Sequence record: MN159079.1
DNA: 64,000 nucleotides
Strand: one strand, 5' to 3'
Shown: positions 55,723-64,000 of the stretch, one piece after another
Numbering within the stretch: the first letter of the stretch is position 1
Layout of the letters: every line of letters begins with the position of its first letter
The notes under the pieces: model-generated
The model's input: the letters and a program-made list of their open reading frames with translations, nothing else
Told to the model about the DNA's origin: nothing
The model's database searches: none
Made by a program: the position numbers and the translations under genes

Positions 55723-58381
55723 CCAACGTCCTGGTAGCGCAATGAACGACTGGAACACCCCACGCCCTCAAGGCGGCGGTCAGCAACCAATGCAAGGTCA
55801 ACGTCCTATGATGGGCGGTCGTACCAACCCCAATGCTCCTGCAATGCAAGGTAACACTATGCAAGGCGGTCAACCCATGCAACCGCAGCAACCTATGCAA
55901 CGCACTCCGCTCACCATGCTTTCTGGCATGTTGAGTAACTTTGGCGCAGGTCGGAACCAATCCAACCTGTACGCACCCGCTGGTGCTTCCCAACAACCAA
56001 CTCAAATCAGTCCCGGGATGGACGCCACAATTAACGGAACTGAGGAGCAACAGCGCTTTGATGCACACTGCCTGCAAAACACTTCCGTTGTTGTCGGTAA
56101 CCTTCTCCAGGTCTTCGCTCGTCGGTCAACTCAGACTGACGGTGGGATGGCGTTCAAACGCGCTATAGATCTCTTTGGTGTTAGTAAAAGTGGTGCCGGT
56201 ATCAACACCGTTAACCATAGCTACATCGATGAGTTCAAAGGCGTTGTCCAGGGTACACAAAACACTTACTTTTCATTCGTAGGTCGTGCGTGTACCCTCA
56301 TCGCAATTCGTCTCTATGTCTACAAGCGCGAGCACCAAGGCATGGATCCGGATAACAACACTATGGGTGCGCTGATCATTCGTGCAACCACAGATGCGAT
56401 GGCATTCGACTTCTTGGCTTGGCTTGAACAATCCAAGAAAGCAATGTATGTTGTTGAACAACTGGATCACGAACTTCGTAACCAGATCCGTGAACTCCCC
56501 AATGTTTGGGATATCTATATCTCTAACGGCGGGGCGTTCCTCCAAGCTAACAATGGTGATATGCCATGGCGACGTGATCCCATCACTGAGTACATGAACA
56601 ATAACACCGCTCCCAACCCGATGTTTGAAAACCTGCTGTTTGACGGCATGTCTGATAACGTCAAGGCTCGTCTCCAGGGGCTGAATCCTTCTGATCTTTG
56701 TTTCGGTCAAGGCAACCCTATGGATGCGGCTTTGTGGGAACAGATGACTGGTACTCCGTACCATGATCATCTCCCGGTTCAGTTCCAACACTACACCCCA
56801 CCTAGCGCAGAACAACGTGCCAGGGCTGCCGCTCAACAGCCGCAGCAAACCCAACAACCCCAGCAACAACAACGTGCATGGCCTCCCGCTCAGACTCCGT
56901 CTGATCCGGATGAGTACATGCCGTATTCCGCTGTGTTGATGTACGACACCCCGAAACCCACCGAGTCCCAACAACCTGAAGCTCCTCAGCAACAGGCAGA
57001 ACCGGCTCCTCAACAATCCGTCCAAACCAAACGTGCTTTTAGTGAGTATACTTACGAAACACGTAATGAGTTCCGGATGGAAGATTATTTCATCGTTTTG
57101 AAAGATGGTTGGATGTCAGGCCAAGTGGAAGATGTAATGCATCTGCTTGGGACAACCCCGTCTAACGAAACCAACGGCACAATTCCTACCCCAGATATGT
57201 TCGAGTCTGCTAACGGTGCAATGTTCACTGCGTTCCGGCTCGATGAGAAGGGGTATACCAATTGGAGGCGAGTAGTCCCAACCATGTTCAGTACAGCTGA
57301 TGTGCACCGTATGGTGCTGACCGACCCCGAGAAGTATCTCCCTGAACTCTGGGAGAAAGACGGCGTGACTCATTCCAGCTTTGAAGCTCGGATGGAAACC
57401 GTTGTTCAACGTCTCCGTGACGGTGTTGTAATTCCGATGGGGGAAATGAAACCCCTGGAAGAAGAACCGAACATGATGGCCAGCGACGCCCCTATGTTCG
57501 ACCATGACCTCAATAACGTTTGTAAGCGTATCGAGGTTGTCACCAATGCAGTTGACCCGGAAAGTAAATTGGATGCGTTCGTTGCACCTGTTGTGATGAA
57601 TGACCAGTTCGTTCTGGAAGATGACTGTCCTGCTCAAGAAGTGTATGAGAAGTTCGGTGCGATCATCAAAGGTTCCGATATCAGTCGGTTCGAGTCCAGT
57701 GTGGATTTCTTGAACGAGATCGCTCTGGCAGTTGCTGACTGCAATGACAGTACCTTTGCCAGCGTGGTTCGTGATAACGTAACGAACGTGATCAACCGTT
57801 GGTTGGTAGAAGAGCGTGGTTATTCAGCGGTTCCGGTTCCGGAAGGTTCCGGTCGTTCCCACCTGGTCCTGGCAGACTACATCAATGACTCCCAGAAACT
57901 GGCAGACATGATGAAGAATGATCCTGACACCGGTCGTGCTCTCCTTCAACTTGATCGTAACGGGTTCTTGGTGAACAACATCCAAAACCTCCTCCCGCTC
58001 GCCGAGGCTAAAAAGCACTTTGCCCGTGGTAAGGACATGGATAACTTTGAATCTGTTCTTGAAGTAGAGAACGCTCTCAAAACAACTATTGTCTTTAGCC
58101 GTGACTACGTTATGGTTAAAATGGACAATGACATCGGTCCCCGTATTAACGGTGTGGTCGTTTCTAAGGTATCTGAAGATCCTCGGTTCCACGAAATCAT
58201 CAAGACTGCCATAGAACAAGGTAAGAAGCATTTCAAAACTGTTCCCGTGATCGTAGTACATTACGGAAACCCGAAAGACTGCGCCCCTCGCGTGGTGACT
58301 GCTTCTGCTTTCGATCAGAGTGTGATGCGAACCCGTGCTATGCTCGGCGGGCATTTCTCGTTCTGTAATGTCGCTTCTTAA
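55715..58381 (+). CDS. Large conserved protein with Q/P/M/G-rich disordered regions
   Basis: 888 aa, coupled to the RNAP gene by overlap. Confidence 0.75.
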   Translation: MNNQRPGSAMNDWNTPRPQGGGQQPMQGQRPMMGGRTNPNAPAMQGNTMQGGQPMQPQQPMQRTPLTMLSGMLSNFGAGRNQSNLYAPAGASQQPTQISPGMDATINGTEEQQRFDAHCLQNTSVVVGNLLQVFARRSTQTDGGMAFKRAIDLFGVSKSGAGINTVNHSYIDEFKGVVQGTQNTYFSFVGRACTLIAIRLYVYKREHQGMDPDNNTMGALIIRATTDAMAFDFLAWLEQSKKAMYVVEQLDHELRNQIRELPNVWDIYISNGGAFLQANNGDMPWRRDPITEYMNNNTAPNPMFENLLFDGMSDNVKARLQGLNPSDLCFGQGNPMDAALWEQMTGTPYHDHLPVQFQHYTPPSAEQRARAAAQQPQQTQQPQQQQRAWPPAQTPSDPDEYMPYSAVLMYDTPKPTESQQPEAPQQQAEPAPQQSVQTKRAFSEYTYETRNEFRMEDYFIVLKDGWMSGQVEDVMHLLGTTPSNETNGTIPTPDMFESANGAMFTAFRLDEKGYTNWRRVVPTMFSTADVHRMVLTDPEKYLPELWEKDGVTHSSFEARMETVVQRLRDGVVIPMGEMKPLEEEPNMMASDAPMFDHDLNNVCKRIEVVTNAVDPESKLDAFVAPVVMNDQFVLEDDCPAQEVYEKFGAIIKGSDISRFESSVDFLNEIALAVADCNDSTFASVVRDNVTNVINRWLVEERGYSAVPVPEGSGRSHLVLADYINDSQKLADMMKNDPDTGRALLQLDRNGFLVNNIQNLLPLAEAKKHFARGKDMDNFESVLEVENALKTTIVFSRDYVMVKMDNDIGPRINGVVVSKVSEDPRFHEIIKTAIEQGKKHFKTVPVIVVHYGNPKDCAPRVVTASAFDQSVMRTRAMLGGHFSFCNVAS

Positions 58382-58398
58382 CGACATGTAATAACCTG

Positions 58399-58443
58399 GC
58401 TTATATAAGGTCGCTCTGGGGAAACCCAGGGCGGCCTATAAGC
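58399..58443 (+). terminator. Long GNRA hairpin (terminator-like, lacks U-tract)
   Basis: GCTTATA..AGGTCGCTCTGGG-GAAA-CCCAGGGCGGCCT-ATAAGC. Confidence 0.5.
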
Positions 58444-58553
58444 TTGTGTGCGCTTATTAGAGCGCTTTCTATATGTAATGTGACACATTGCTTACGTTAT
58501 CTATAGAAAACGTTTTAACGTTGATACAGTAAGTTTAAGATACATAGAAAGTT

Positions 58554-58573
58554 AGACATATATTATTTACGTG
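58554..58573 (+). promoter_or_regulatory. Putative early promoter
   Basis: AGACAT-ATATTAT-TTACGTG. Confidence 0.7.
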
Positions 58574-58624
58574 TACACATATCAATGTGTTCTTTATTTA
58601 ACCACACTCCACAAGGTAACAATC

Positions 58625-59476
58625 ATGAAAAACGTAATCGCCCTCCTGAAGTTCGCTCCTAACACCGCCGTCCGTACTCAGCCTGCCATCGCCCTGCCCA
58701 ACTGCATGGACTACTATGGTCAACTCGAGCTCAAAGACGTCGACTTCACCAACCCCGTGCCGGTCAAGGTAGTTCTCCCGGAGATCATCAAACTCCTGAA
58801 GAACGCTGACTGCAAAGAAGAAAGCCTGGTTTCCTTCGAAGTCTATCTGGTAGAGGTAGACAAAGAAGGTGCGTTCGATGCCGAAGCCCTGGTAGAAGAA
58901 AACCGGATCAAGCTGGTCCATCAACAAGAAGATGAAGAAATGTCCAAAGAAGAACAAGCCCTGGCCGAGAAGACCGAAGTCGTGAAAGGTGCACCGGTCA
59001 ACCAAGGTACCAACGTTTACCATCAGCCGACCAACGAGTTCGGTAAGAAGTACAAAGACGTGAAGACTGCTCGCCTCACTCCGCGTGGTAGCGTCATCAC
59101 TGCCGGCTTCGGTGCCCTGGCCGCCAACCTGGGTGATCAGCTCCTGAACGACAACTGGGAAAGTGCACGCTGCATCTCTACCGGTCTGGCTACCGTGGTC
59201 GTTGGTATGGGTGCGCACGCGCTCCACAACACCACCAAGAAGATGACCAACGAAAGCGGTGCTGGTATGCACGCCGGTCTCAACCTGGTAGCTGGTGGCG
59301 TTACTGGCCTGGTGATCGGTCGCGGTTTCGAAGCCATCTTCGAAGCCCAAGAGATGTTCTCTTTCAGCAAGAAAGAAGAGGCAACTCACGAGAACCCCAA
59401 CGAAGAAGCCATGATCGTTCCGGTCAGTGATCCCGAAGTAAAAGCGATCATCAACGAGTACGAACAGGAAATGTAA
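58625..59476 (+). CDS. Early, highly expressed membrane protein with glycine-zipper helices
   Basis: ATG 58625 behind AAGGT. Three Gly/Ala-rich hydrophobic segments. Strong codon bias. Confidence 0.7.
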   Translation: MKNVIALLKFAPNTAVRTQPAIALPNCMDYYGQLELKDVDFTNPVPVKVVLPEIIKLLKNADCKEESLVSFEVYLVEVDKEGAFDAEALVEENRIKLVHQQEDEEMSKEEQALAEKTEVVKGAPVNQGTNVYHQPTNEFGKKYKDVKTARLTPRGSVITAGFGALAANLGDQLLNDNWESARCISTGLATVVVGMGAHALHNTTKKMTNESGAGMHAGLNLVAGGVTGLVIGRGFEAIFEAQEMFSFSKKEEATHENPNEEAMIVPVSDPEVKAIINEYEQEM

Positions 59477-59482
59477 GAGTTA

Positions 59483-59520
59483 AACCTCCACCTCCCCGTC
59501 AAGGGAGGTGGAGGTTATTT
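59483..59520. terminator. Bidirectional terminator
   Basis: AACCTCCACCTCCC-CGTCAA-GGGAGGTGGAGGTT between convergent genes. Confidence 0.85.
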
Positions 59521-59525
59521 ACTTA

Positions 59526-62500
59526 TTACTTTTTCTTTTTGCCTTTACCTTCGGGAGGAAGGTCAGACTCATCGAATGCACTCATTTCTGGTGCAATCTC
59601 TTCTTCCTCTACAACTACGTCTTCTTCAAGTTTCTTTTCATCACCCTCAATTACTTCAGGATCAGAACCTTGTTCAACGTCGTTATCGAGTTGATCTTGA
59701 TCTTCGATTACCGTTTCATCTTCCGCGGGCGGAAGGTCGTCAGGACCGAATGCCTCAAGATCTGATTCAGGTTCAGGAGTCACATCTTTCCCAAGATCGT
59801 CACCGGTTACCTCGGTTTCGTCATCGGGAATAGTGTCGACACCGGCGTCATCAGGAGGAAGGTCGAGTTCTGCCGATTGTGCCATCGGTTCAGCACCTGC
59901 TTCCGCACCAGCCTCATCACCACCTTCACTACCTACATCAGGTCCGGCAGGGAGATCGTCCATTGAGAACGCACTCATGTCAGAACCGTCCGTGTCGGTA
60001 GCACCTGTGTCCTCAGCACCGAAATCTCCACCACCACCATCGAATCCACCGCCAGGTTGTTCTTCCAGCATACCAGGGTTAGATGGCTCAGCACTTTCGT
60101 CCGGTTTCTCACCGTTGATCTCGTCGGACTTGGCCTTCAGTTTTTCCAGGAGCTTATTGGTCTTCTTATTACCGTTGACATAAGCTTCCAGGAACTTAAT
60201 GGTATTGGTCTCGAGGTTGGTGATACTATCTACCATCGAGAAGATACCACCACCGTCACCGTCGTTGAGGACCTCTTCGAACGGCATCGGGATATTGAAA
60301 CGCTGGAACGCATCAGCCAACATCGCTCCCTTAACCTGACTAATAATCAGATCAGGCTCAACGTTGATTTCAGCAGCCAGTCGTTCAATGGCCTTGGCAC
60401 CACCCATCAGCTGTGTCCAACGCTCAACGAGTTTATCGATTGCCTCGATTTTGTCGTCGATCTTGTTGAGGGTATCAGTGATAGCCGGTTTAGGAAGTTC
60501 CACATAGAAAGACTTGAGGAAGTCCAGGAAGACCATCTCAACCTTTTCTTCTTCAGTGAGTTTACCTTCCAGTTCGAGACCTTCTGCCTCAGCGATTTCT
60601 TCCAAGCTGTATTGAGAAGAAGTCTTCTCGTAAAGTTTGGCGTTTTCCTTAATGGTCTTGAGGAGATCAGTGACCAAAGGCTCGTTGCACATGATGTGCT
60701 TGCGCATGAAGTCGGAGAAGAACCGAGAGAACTTGTCAGACAGTTCGGCGGTTTGGTTACGAAGCATTTCCTGCTCAGCCAAAGCCTCTACCTGGAAATC
60801 GTTACCTTCACCACTGTCATCCAGCCAACTACGTTTCAGGTTAAAGTAACCAGAAATAACGTTGAGCAGTTGCTCACGAGTACTAGGATCGATTGTCTTG
60901 AGTGGTTCACGTTCCATTTGGTGGGCGTTGATCTCGGGAGCGATTACCGAACGGTTTTCACCGGCATCGACGCGAATAGTCAGTGACTGTTCTTTGAACC
61001 GATCCAACACCGCATCAATAGACACGTTGTTAAAACCGATAATGTCGTGCAGAGTCGGGTTGTTGGCAAACCACTCGTCACGAACCATCGCAACAAGGTT
61101 ACGAGCATCAGGGTTCTGTTTCTCCAGAACAATAGAAAGTTCTGTGTGAGAAATAGAGTTCTCGATGTTGGCCAGGGCATCAGCAGTTTCCAAAACCGCA
61201 AGGCGGGTGATGTGGAGCTTAGCTTCTTCTACCAAAGAACGACCAGTACCAAGAGCGTTAAACTCAGTGGCAATGTAGGTCATGTATTCGGCAGGGACAA
61301 AGACACAACGAACACCTTGCTGACGGAAGGCACGACCCAAGAACAGTTTCTTGTTATGCTCGGTCAGTGAGATGGTAACTGATTTACGGAGATCACCGTT
61401 AATGAAACCTTCAGCCAGTTCCTTCTCAAGTGTTGCAGATGCAAACTCAACCATCCAGGACATGTCGACCGCACAATCTCTGCCCTGAGCAACAGCCTTG
61501 ATATGGGACGCCATTTCGTTGATGGAGCCGACACCGTTCTTCAACACGGTTCCGCTTTGAGAACCTTGATAGAACTTCATATCCCCGACAGTACGGAGAA
61601 ACTCACCAGTGTCCGGGTCAGTCAACAGAATGTAACCGAATGGGTTACCGATGTCACCATTGGCGTGAACAGGGATACATGCTTCACTGGGAACGTGGTA
61701 AGTGATACCGATACCTTTCCCGCTACCAGTGTAGAAACGACTCCTACGAACGCTCAGGGACTCAGAATAACGATAGTTGCGCTTGGGATACAACTCAGCA
61801 ATGATTTTGTTGCTATCCTCGATGCTGGCGATACCCACCTTGTTGTTATTCTGGTTCTTCTCTTTCTTGGCTTTAGCCAACTGTTTCTTGCCAGTCTCAA
61901 AAACCTGACCCATTACAGTTCGTAATGTCTCGTTACCAGTGACAGAACGGAGACGTCTGGAAACCATTGACTGACGAAGTTCAGCTGCACGCATCACAAT
62001 CGGGTTATCAGTAAAGGTCCAGTTCAGTCCTTCTTCAACCAGGTTGTATTCACTACCAGCACTGGCGTTCCCCGAAACACCCCAGAGACTTTCCATACCA
62101 CCGGCATCAGCAAGTGCGTTGTTCGGCGTTTTACGAATGTATCCCAGGTTCTTGGCTTTCTTAAAGCTACCATCGAAATGCTTTTCGAATATAGCTTTGC
62201 CCCGTTCAAAACCCTCGTTGCCAGAAGTCTCGAGTGACATCTCGTAACCATTTATGAGGTGGTCCAAAACGCTGTGGGACATGTTCAAAAGAGCATAAGA
62301 ACCTGATCGGAACATTACGTCTTTAATGATTTGAGCCAGGTCTTTCTCAAAGGGGTATTGTGTTGTGAAATACTTCTTTACTGACGAGATCAAGTTGTCG
62401 TGGAGTTCCACGTTCTTCATGTCGGTATTTTCAGTAAGGAAGTTCAATATGTTACGCTGATCCCCATTAGGTTTCAGCAACAGAGTAACCCAGAGATCCT

Positions 62501-62765
62501 CGGCACGTTTTATCAACTGTGTGACTGAACGAAGATCGGTACTCGCTTGTGTGTTGTTAGAGATGATATCGGAAAGTTTACGTACCTTGCGATAATCTGC
62601 CTTGGACTTCTCATCACGATCCCGATTACCACGAATATCGCGATCGGCAACCATGAGAGATTGCATCCCCTTCTCCACCGGAGTGAGGTTTTCCATACGG
62701 GCCTTCATCACTGTCTTATCGACAGGAGCAAACCCCTTTGGAACACCCTTCTGTTTAGTGCTCAT
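59526..62765 (-). CDS. Portal protein (phiKZ gp129-like) with long acidic C-terminal tail
   Basis: 1079 aa. CIPVH...GYILL core motif of these portals. Divergent from the baseplate gene, as in phiKZ-like phages. Confidence 0.75.
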   Translation of the reverse strand: MSTKQKGVPKGFAPVDKTVMKARMENLTPVEKGMQSLMVADRDIRGNRDRDEKSKADYRKVRKLSDIISNNTQASTDLRSVTQLIKRAEDLWVTLLLKPNGDQRNILNFLTENTDMKNVELHDNLISSVKKYFTTQYPFEKDLAQIIKDVMFRSGSYALLNMSHSVLDHLINGYEMSLETSGNEGFERGKAIFEKHFDGSFKKAKNLGYIRKTPNNALADAGGMESLWGVSGNASAGSEYNLVEEGLNWTFTDNPIVMRAAELRQSMVSRRLRSVTGNETLRTVMGQVFETGKKQLAKAKKEKNQNNNKVGIASIEDSNKIIAELYPKRNYRYSESLSVRRSRFYTGSGKGIGITYHVPSEACIPVHANGDIGNPFGYILLTDPDTGEFLRTVGDMKFYQGSQSGTVLKNGVGSINEMASHIKAVAQGRDCAVDMSWMVEFASATLEKELAEGFINGDLRKSVTISLTEHNKKLFLGRAFRQQGVRCVFVPAEYMTYIATEFNALGTGRSLVEEAKLHITRLAVLETADALANIENSISHTELSIVLEKQNPDARNLVAMVRDEWFANNPTLHDIIGFNNVSIDAVLDRFKEQSLTIRVDAGENRSVIAPEINAHQMEREPLKTIDPSTREQLLNVISGYFNLKRSWLDDSGEGNDFQVEALAEQEMLRNQTAELSDKFSRFFSDFMRKHIMCNEPLVTDLLKTIKENAKLYEKTSSQYSLEEIAEAEGLELEGKLTEEEKVEMVFLDFLKSFYVELPKPAITDTLNKIDDKIEAIDKLVERWTQLMGGAKAIERLAAEINVEPDLIISQVKGAMLADAFQRFNIPMPFEEVLNDGDGGGIFSMVDSITNLETNTIKFLEAYVNGNKKTNKLLEKLKAKSDEINGEKPDESAEPSNPGMLEEQPGGGFDGGGGDFGAEDTGATDTDGSDMSAFSMDDLPAGPDVGSEGGDEAGAEAGAEPMAQSAELDLPPDDAGVDTIPDDETEVTGDDLGKDVTPEPESDLEAFGPDDLPPAEDETVIEDQDQLDNDVEQGSDPEVIEGDEKKLEEDVVVEEEEIAPEMSAFDESDLPPEGKGKKKK

Positions 62766-62785
62766 ATTTCTCCCTAGGAAAGATT

Positions 62786-64000
62786 ATGTTGAACAATATT
62801 GAATACAACGCTTATTTAATGAAGAATCTGGCATTGGCCAGAACGATCGTCATTAAGTGCGAAGACATCGCATTACTGGATAACCAGGCGATGGAAGATC
62901 ACTATGGAATCGAAATAGGTTCGGACCGCACACAATGGCGTTACTATCTCAACCTGAATGGCGAGTATCACCAGACTGACGAAATGATGCGCGTCCAATC
63001 CCTGGATAATGGTGAGATGATTGATTTCACCAAACAGAACCTGGACCTGCACCTCGCCACAAAACGTGCATACCGTGAAGGTAGTTATTACTTCTCTAGA
63101 CTAACCGAAAAATACCAAGGTCAGTCAGAATTGATTAAGGGCATCATAAACCCTATTCCACCGTCAGAATCGATCCCAGCAAAGAATTACCAGATACTCA
63201 GGTATAACACAGACCAGGTTCTTTGGAATGAGTATCAGTTGATCCCGGCGCTGCAACGACACGTCTACAACCTTGTAGAGACATTCTTCAAAACAGAATA
63301 CATCTACACCGATGACCTGATGCTCACCATATTGCTGACACATCTCCATGCGTCCCTCTTCTCGGCTATTCTTCAGATACGCGAAGATGCTGATGGAACA
63401 CGTTATGCGCATGAGTTCCACATTTGGTCCAGACTCACTTCGTTGGGTATGTCCCCGATCTACAAACAAGTGCTCGATCGTAAACAGACCATGTGGTTCT
63501 ACCGTAACCTGGATTACGTGCTTAGGAAACAAGGTCGTCGTCAAACCTTCGATGAACTGACAGACATCATACTGACTCATCGCCGCATTCCGTTGTCCCG
63601 ACACATCACGTTGCAGAACACTGAAAACATGTTGGAGTCGATCACACCGGAACCGATGTTCCAAAGTCAGCCGGTTAACAAGATCACTGGTCTGGGTTCC
63701 AACTTCCAGTTGTGGAGTGTACAGGATGTAATAAGGAAAGAGATTCCCCTGGCACTCGACAACGAAGAGAATAGGGACACCAACCAACTGTTGACAGAAC
63801 ACCGTATCAAGTACGGACTCCACTCTGATATTCCAACCAAGGTTCTGGAATCCACAATGGTGGACGTAACCGATCGAAACCCCAATTCGATAATGCGTGT
63901 TCTGAACAATCAGTGGCTCTATATGGCTAAGAATAATCTCTATGTCATAAACCACGATTTCACTGATCTGAGAACAGGGAAACATTTCCGTCTGAACACC
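62786..64000 (+). CDS. Virion/baseplate structural protein (phiKZ gp128-like), 3'-truncated by window edge (not in ORF track)
   Basis: ATG 62786 behind AGGA. Reads MLNNIEYNAYLMKN...WRYYLNLNGEYHQTDEMM...SLD, and the same frame reads DFTDLRTGKHFRLNT at the window end. Confidence 0.75.
   Translation, partial: MLNNIEYNAYLMKNLALARTIVIKCEDIALLDNQAMEDHYGIEIGSDRTQWRYYLNLNGEYHQTDEMMRVQSLDNGEMIDFTKQNLDLHLATKRAYREGSYYFSRLTEKYQGQSELIKGIINPIPPSESIPAKNYQILRYNTDQVLWNEYQLIPALQRHVYNLVETFFKTEYIYTDDLMLTILLTHLHASLFSAILQIREDADGTRYAHEFHIWSRLTSLGMSPIYKQVLDRKQTMWFYRNLDYVLRKQGRRQTFDELTDIILTHRRIPLSRHITLQNTENMLESITPEPMFQSQPVNKITGLGSNFQLWSVQDVIRKEIPLALDNEENRDTNQLLTEHRIKYGLHSDIPTKVLESTMVDVTDRNPNSIMRVLNNQWLYMAKNNLYVINHDFTDLRTGKHFRLNT

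Noticed and set aside
59576-59833. 85-aa + strand ORF rich in L/Q/R/H
   Set aside because: It is the antisense reading of the acidic portal tail.
1-64000. Stop-codon reassignment, CRISPR arrays, tRNA/rRNA genes, IS elements, chimallin or PhuZ genes
   Set aside because: Core genes are full-length under the standard code and end in TAA, TGA or TAG. No regular repeat-spacer structure, cloverleaf or transposase motif was seen, and no ORF here was recognisable as ChmA or tubulin.

Overview
This window is a core-genome segment of a phiKZ-like jumbo phage, most likely nucleus-forming (Chimalliviridae-type). There is no cellular housekeeping context. Gene order from left to right: SbcD/Mre11 nuclease (5'-truncated); ChmC-like nucleic-acid-binding protein; nvRNAP gp68-like subunit; PicA/Imp1-like protein; gp70-like protein; nvRNAP beta and beta' pieces; a cluster of small ORFs; SF2 helicase; vRNAP beta' piece; a tail-assembly-chaperone-like operon; three single-gene accessory cassettes; the N-terminal half of a split family-B DNA polymerase; a long head, ejection-protein and baseplate region; DnaB; major capsid protein; nvRNAP gp123-like subunit; portal; and a 3'-truncated baseplate protein. 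Assignments to phiKZ gene numbers rest on recognisable motifs plus remembered synteny; no database search was run. The strongest apparently unannotated signal is a candidate programmed -1 ribosomal frameshift. The heptamer T TTT TTC at 19568-19574 would fuse a T4 gp26-like chaperone to a start-less downstream ORF, giving about 680 aa, like lambda G/GT or P2 E/E'. Other notable items: a 7-copy early-promoter motif embedded in terminator-promoter-hairpin cassettes; two proteins ending in SSB-C-terminus mimics (DFDDDIDF, LDDIPF); paralogous Zn-finger microproteins; a 43-aa early microprotein with its own promoter and terminator; a membrane-associated HExxH protein in the head cluster; a G-x-E head-protease cleavage signature; an early glycine-zipper membrane protein; and a repeated motif in the acidic portal tail. 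No tRNA, rRNA, CRISPR array, intron or intein was seen.
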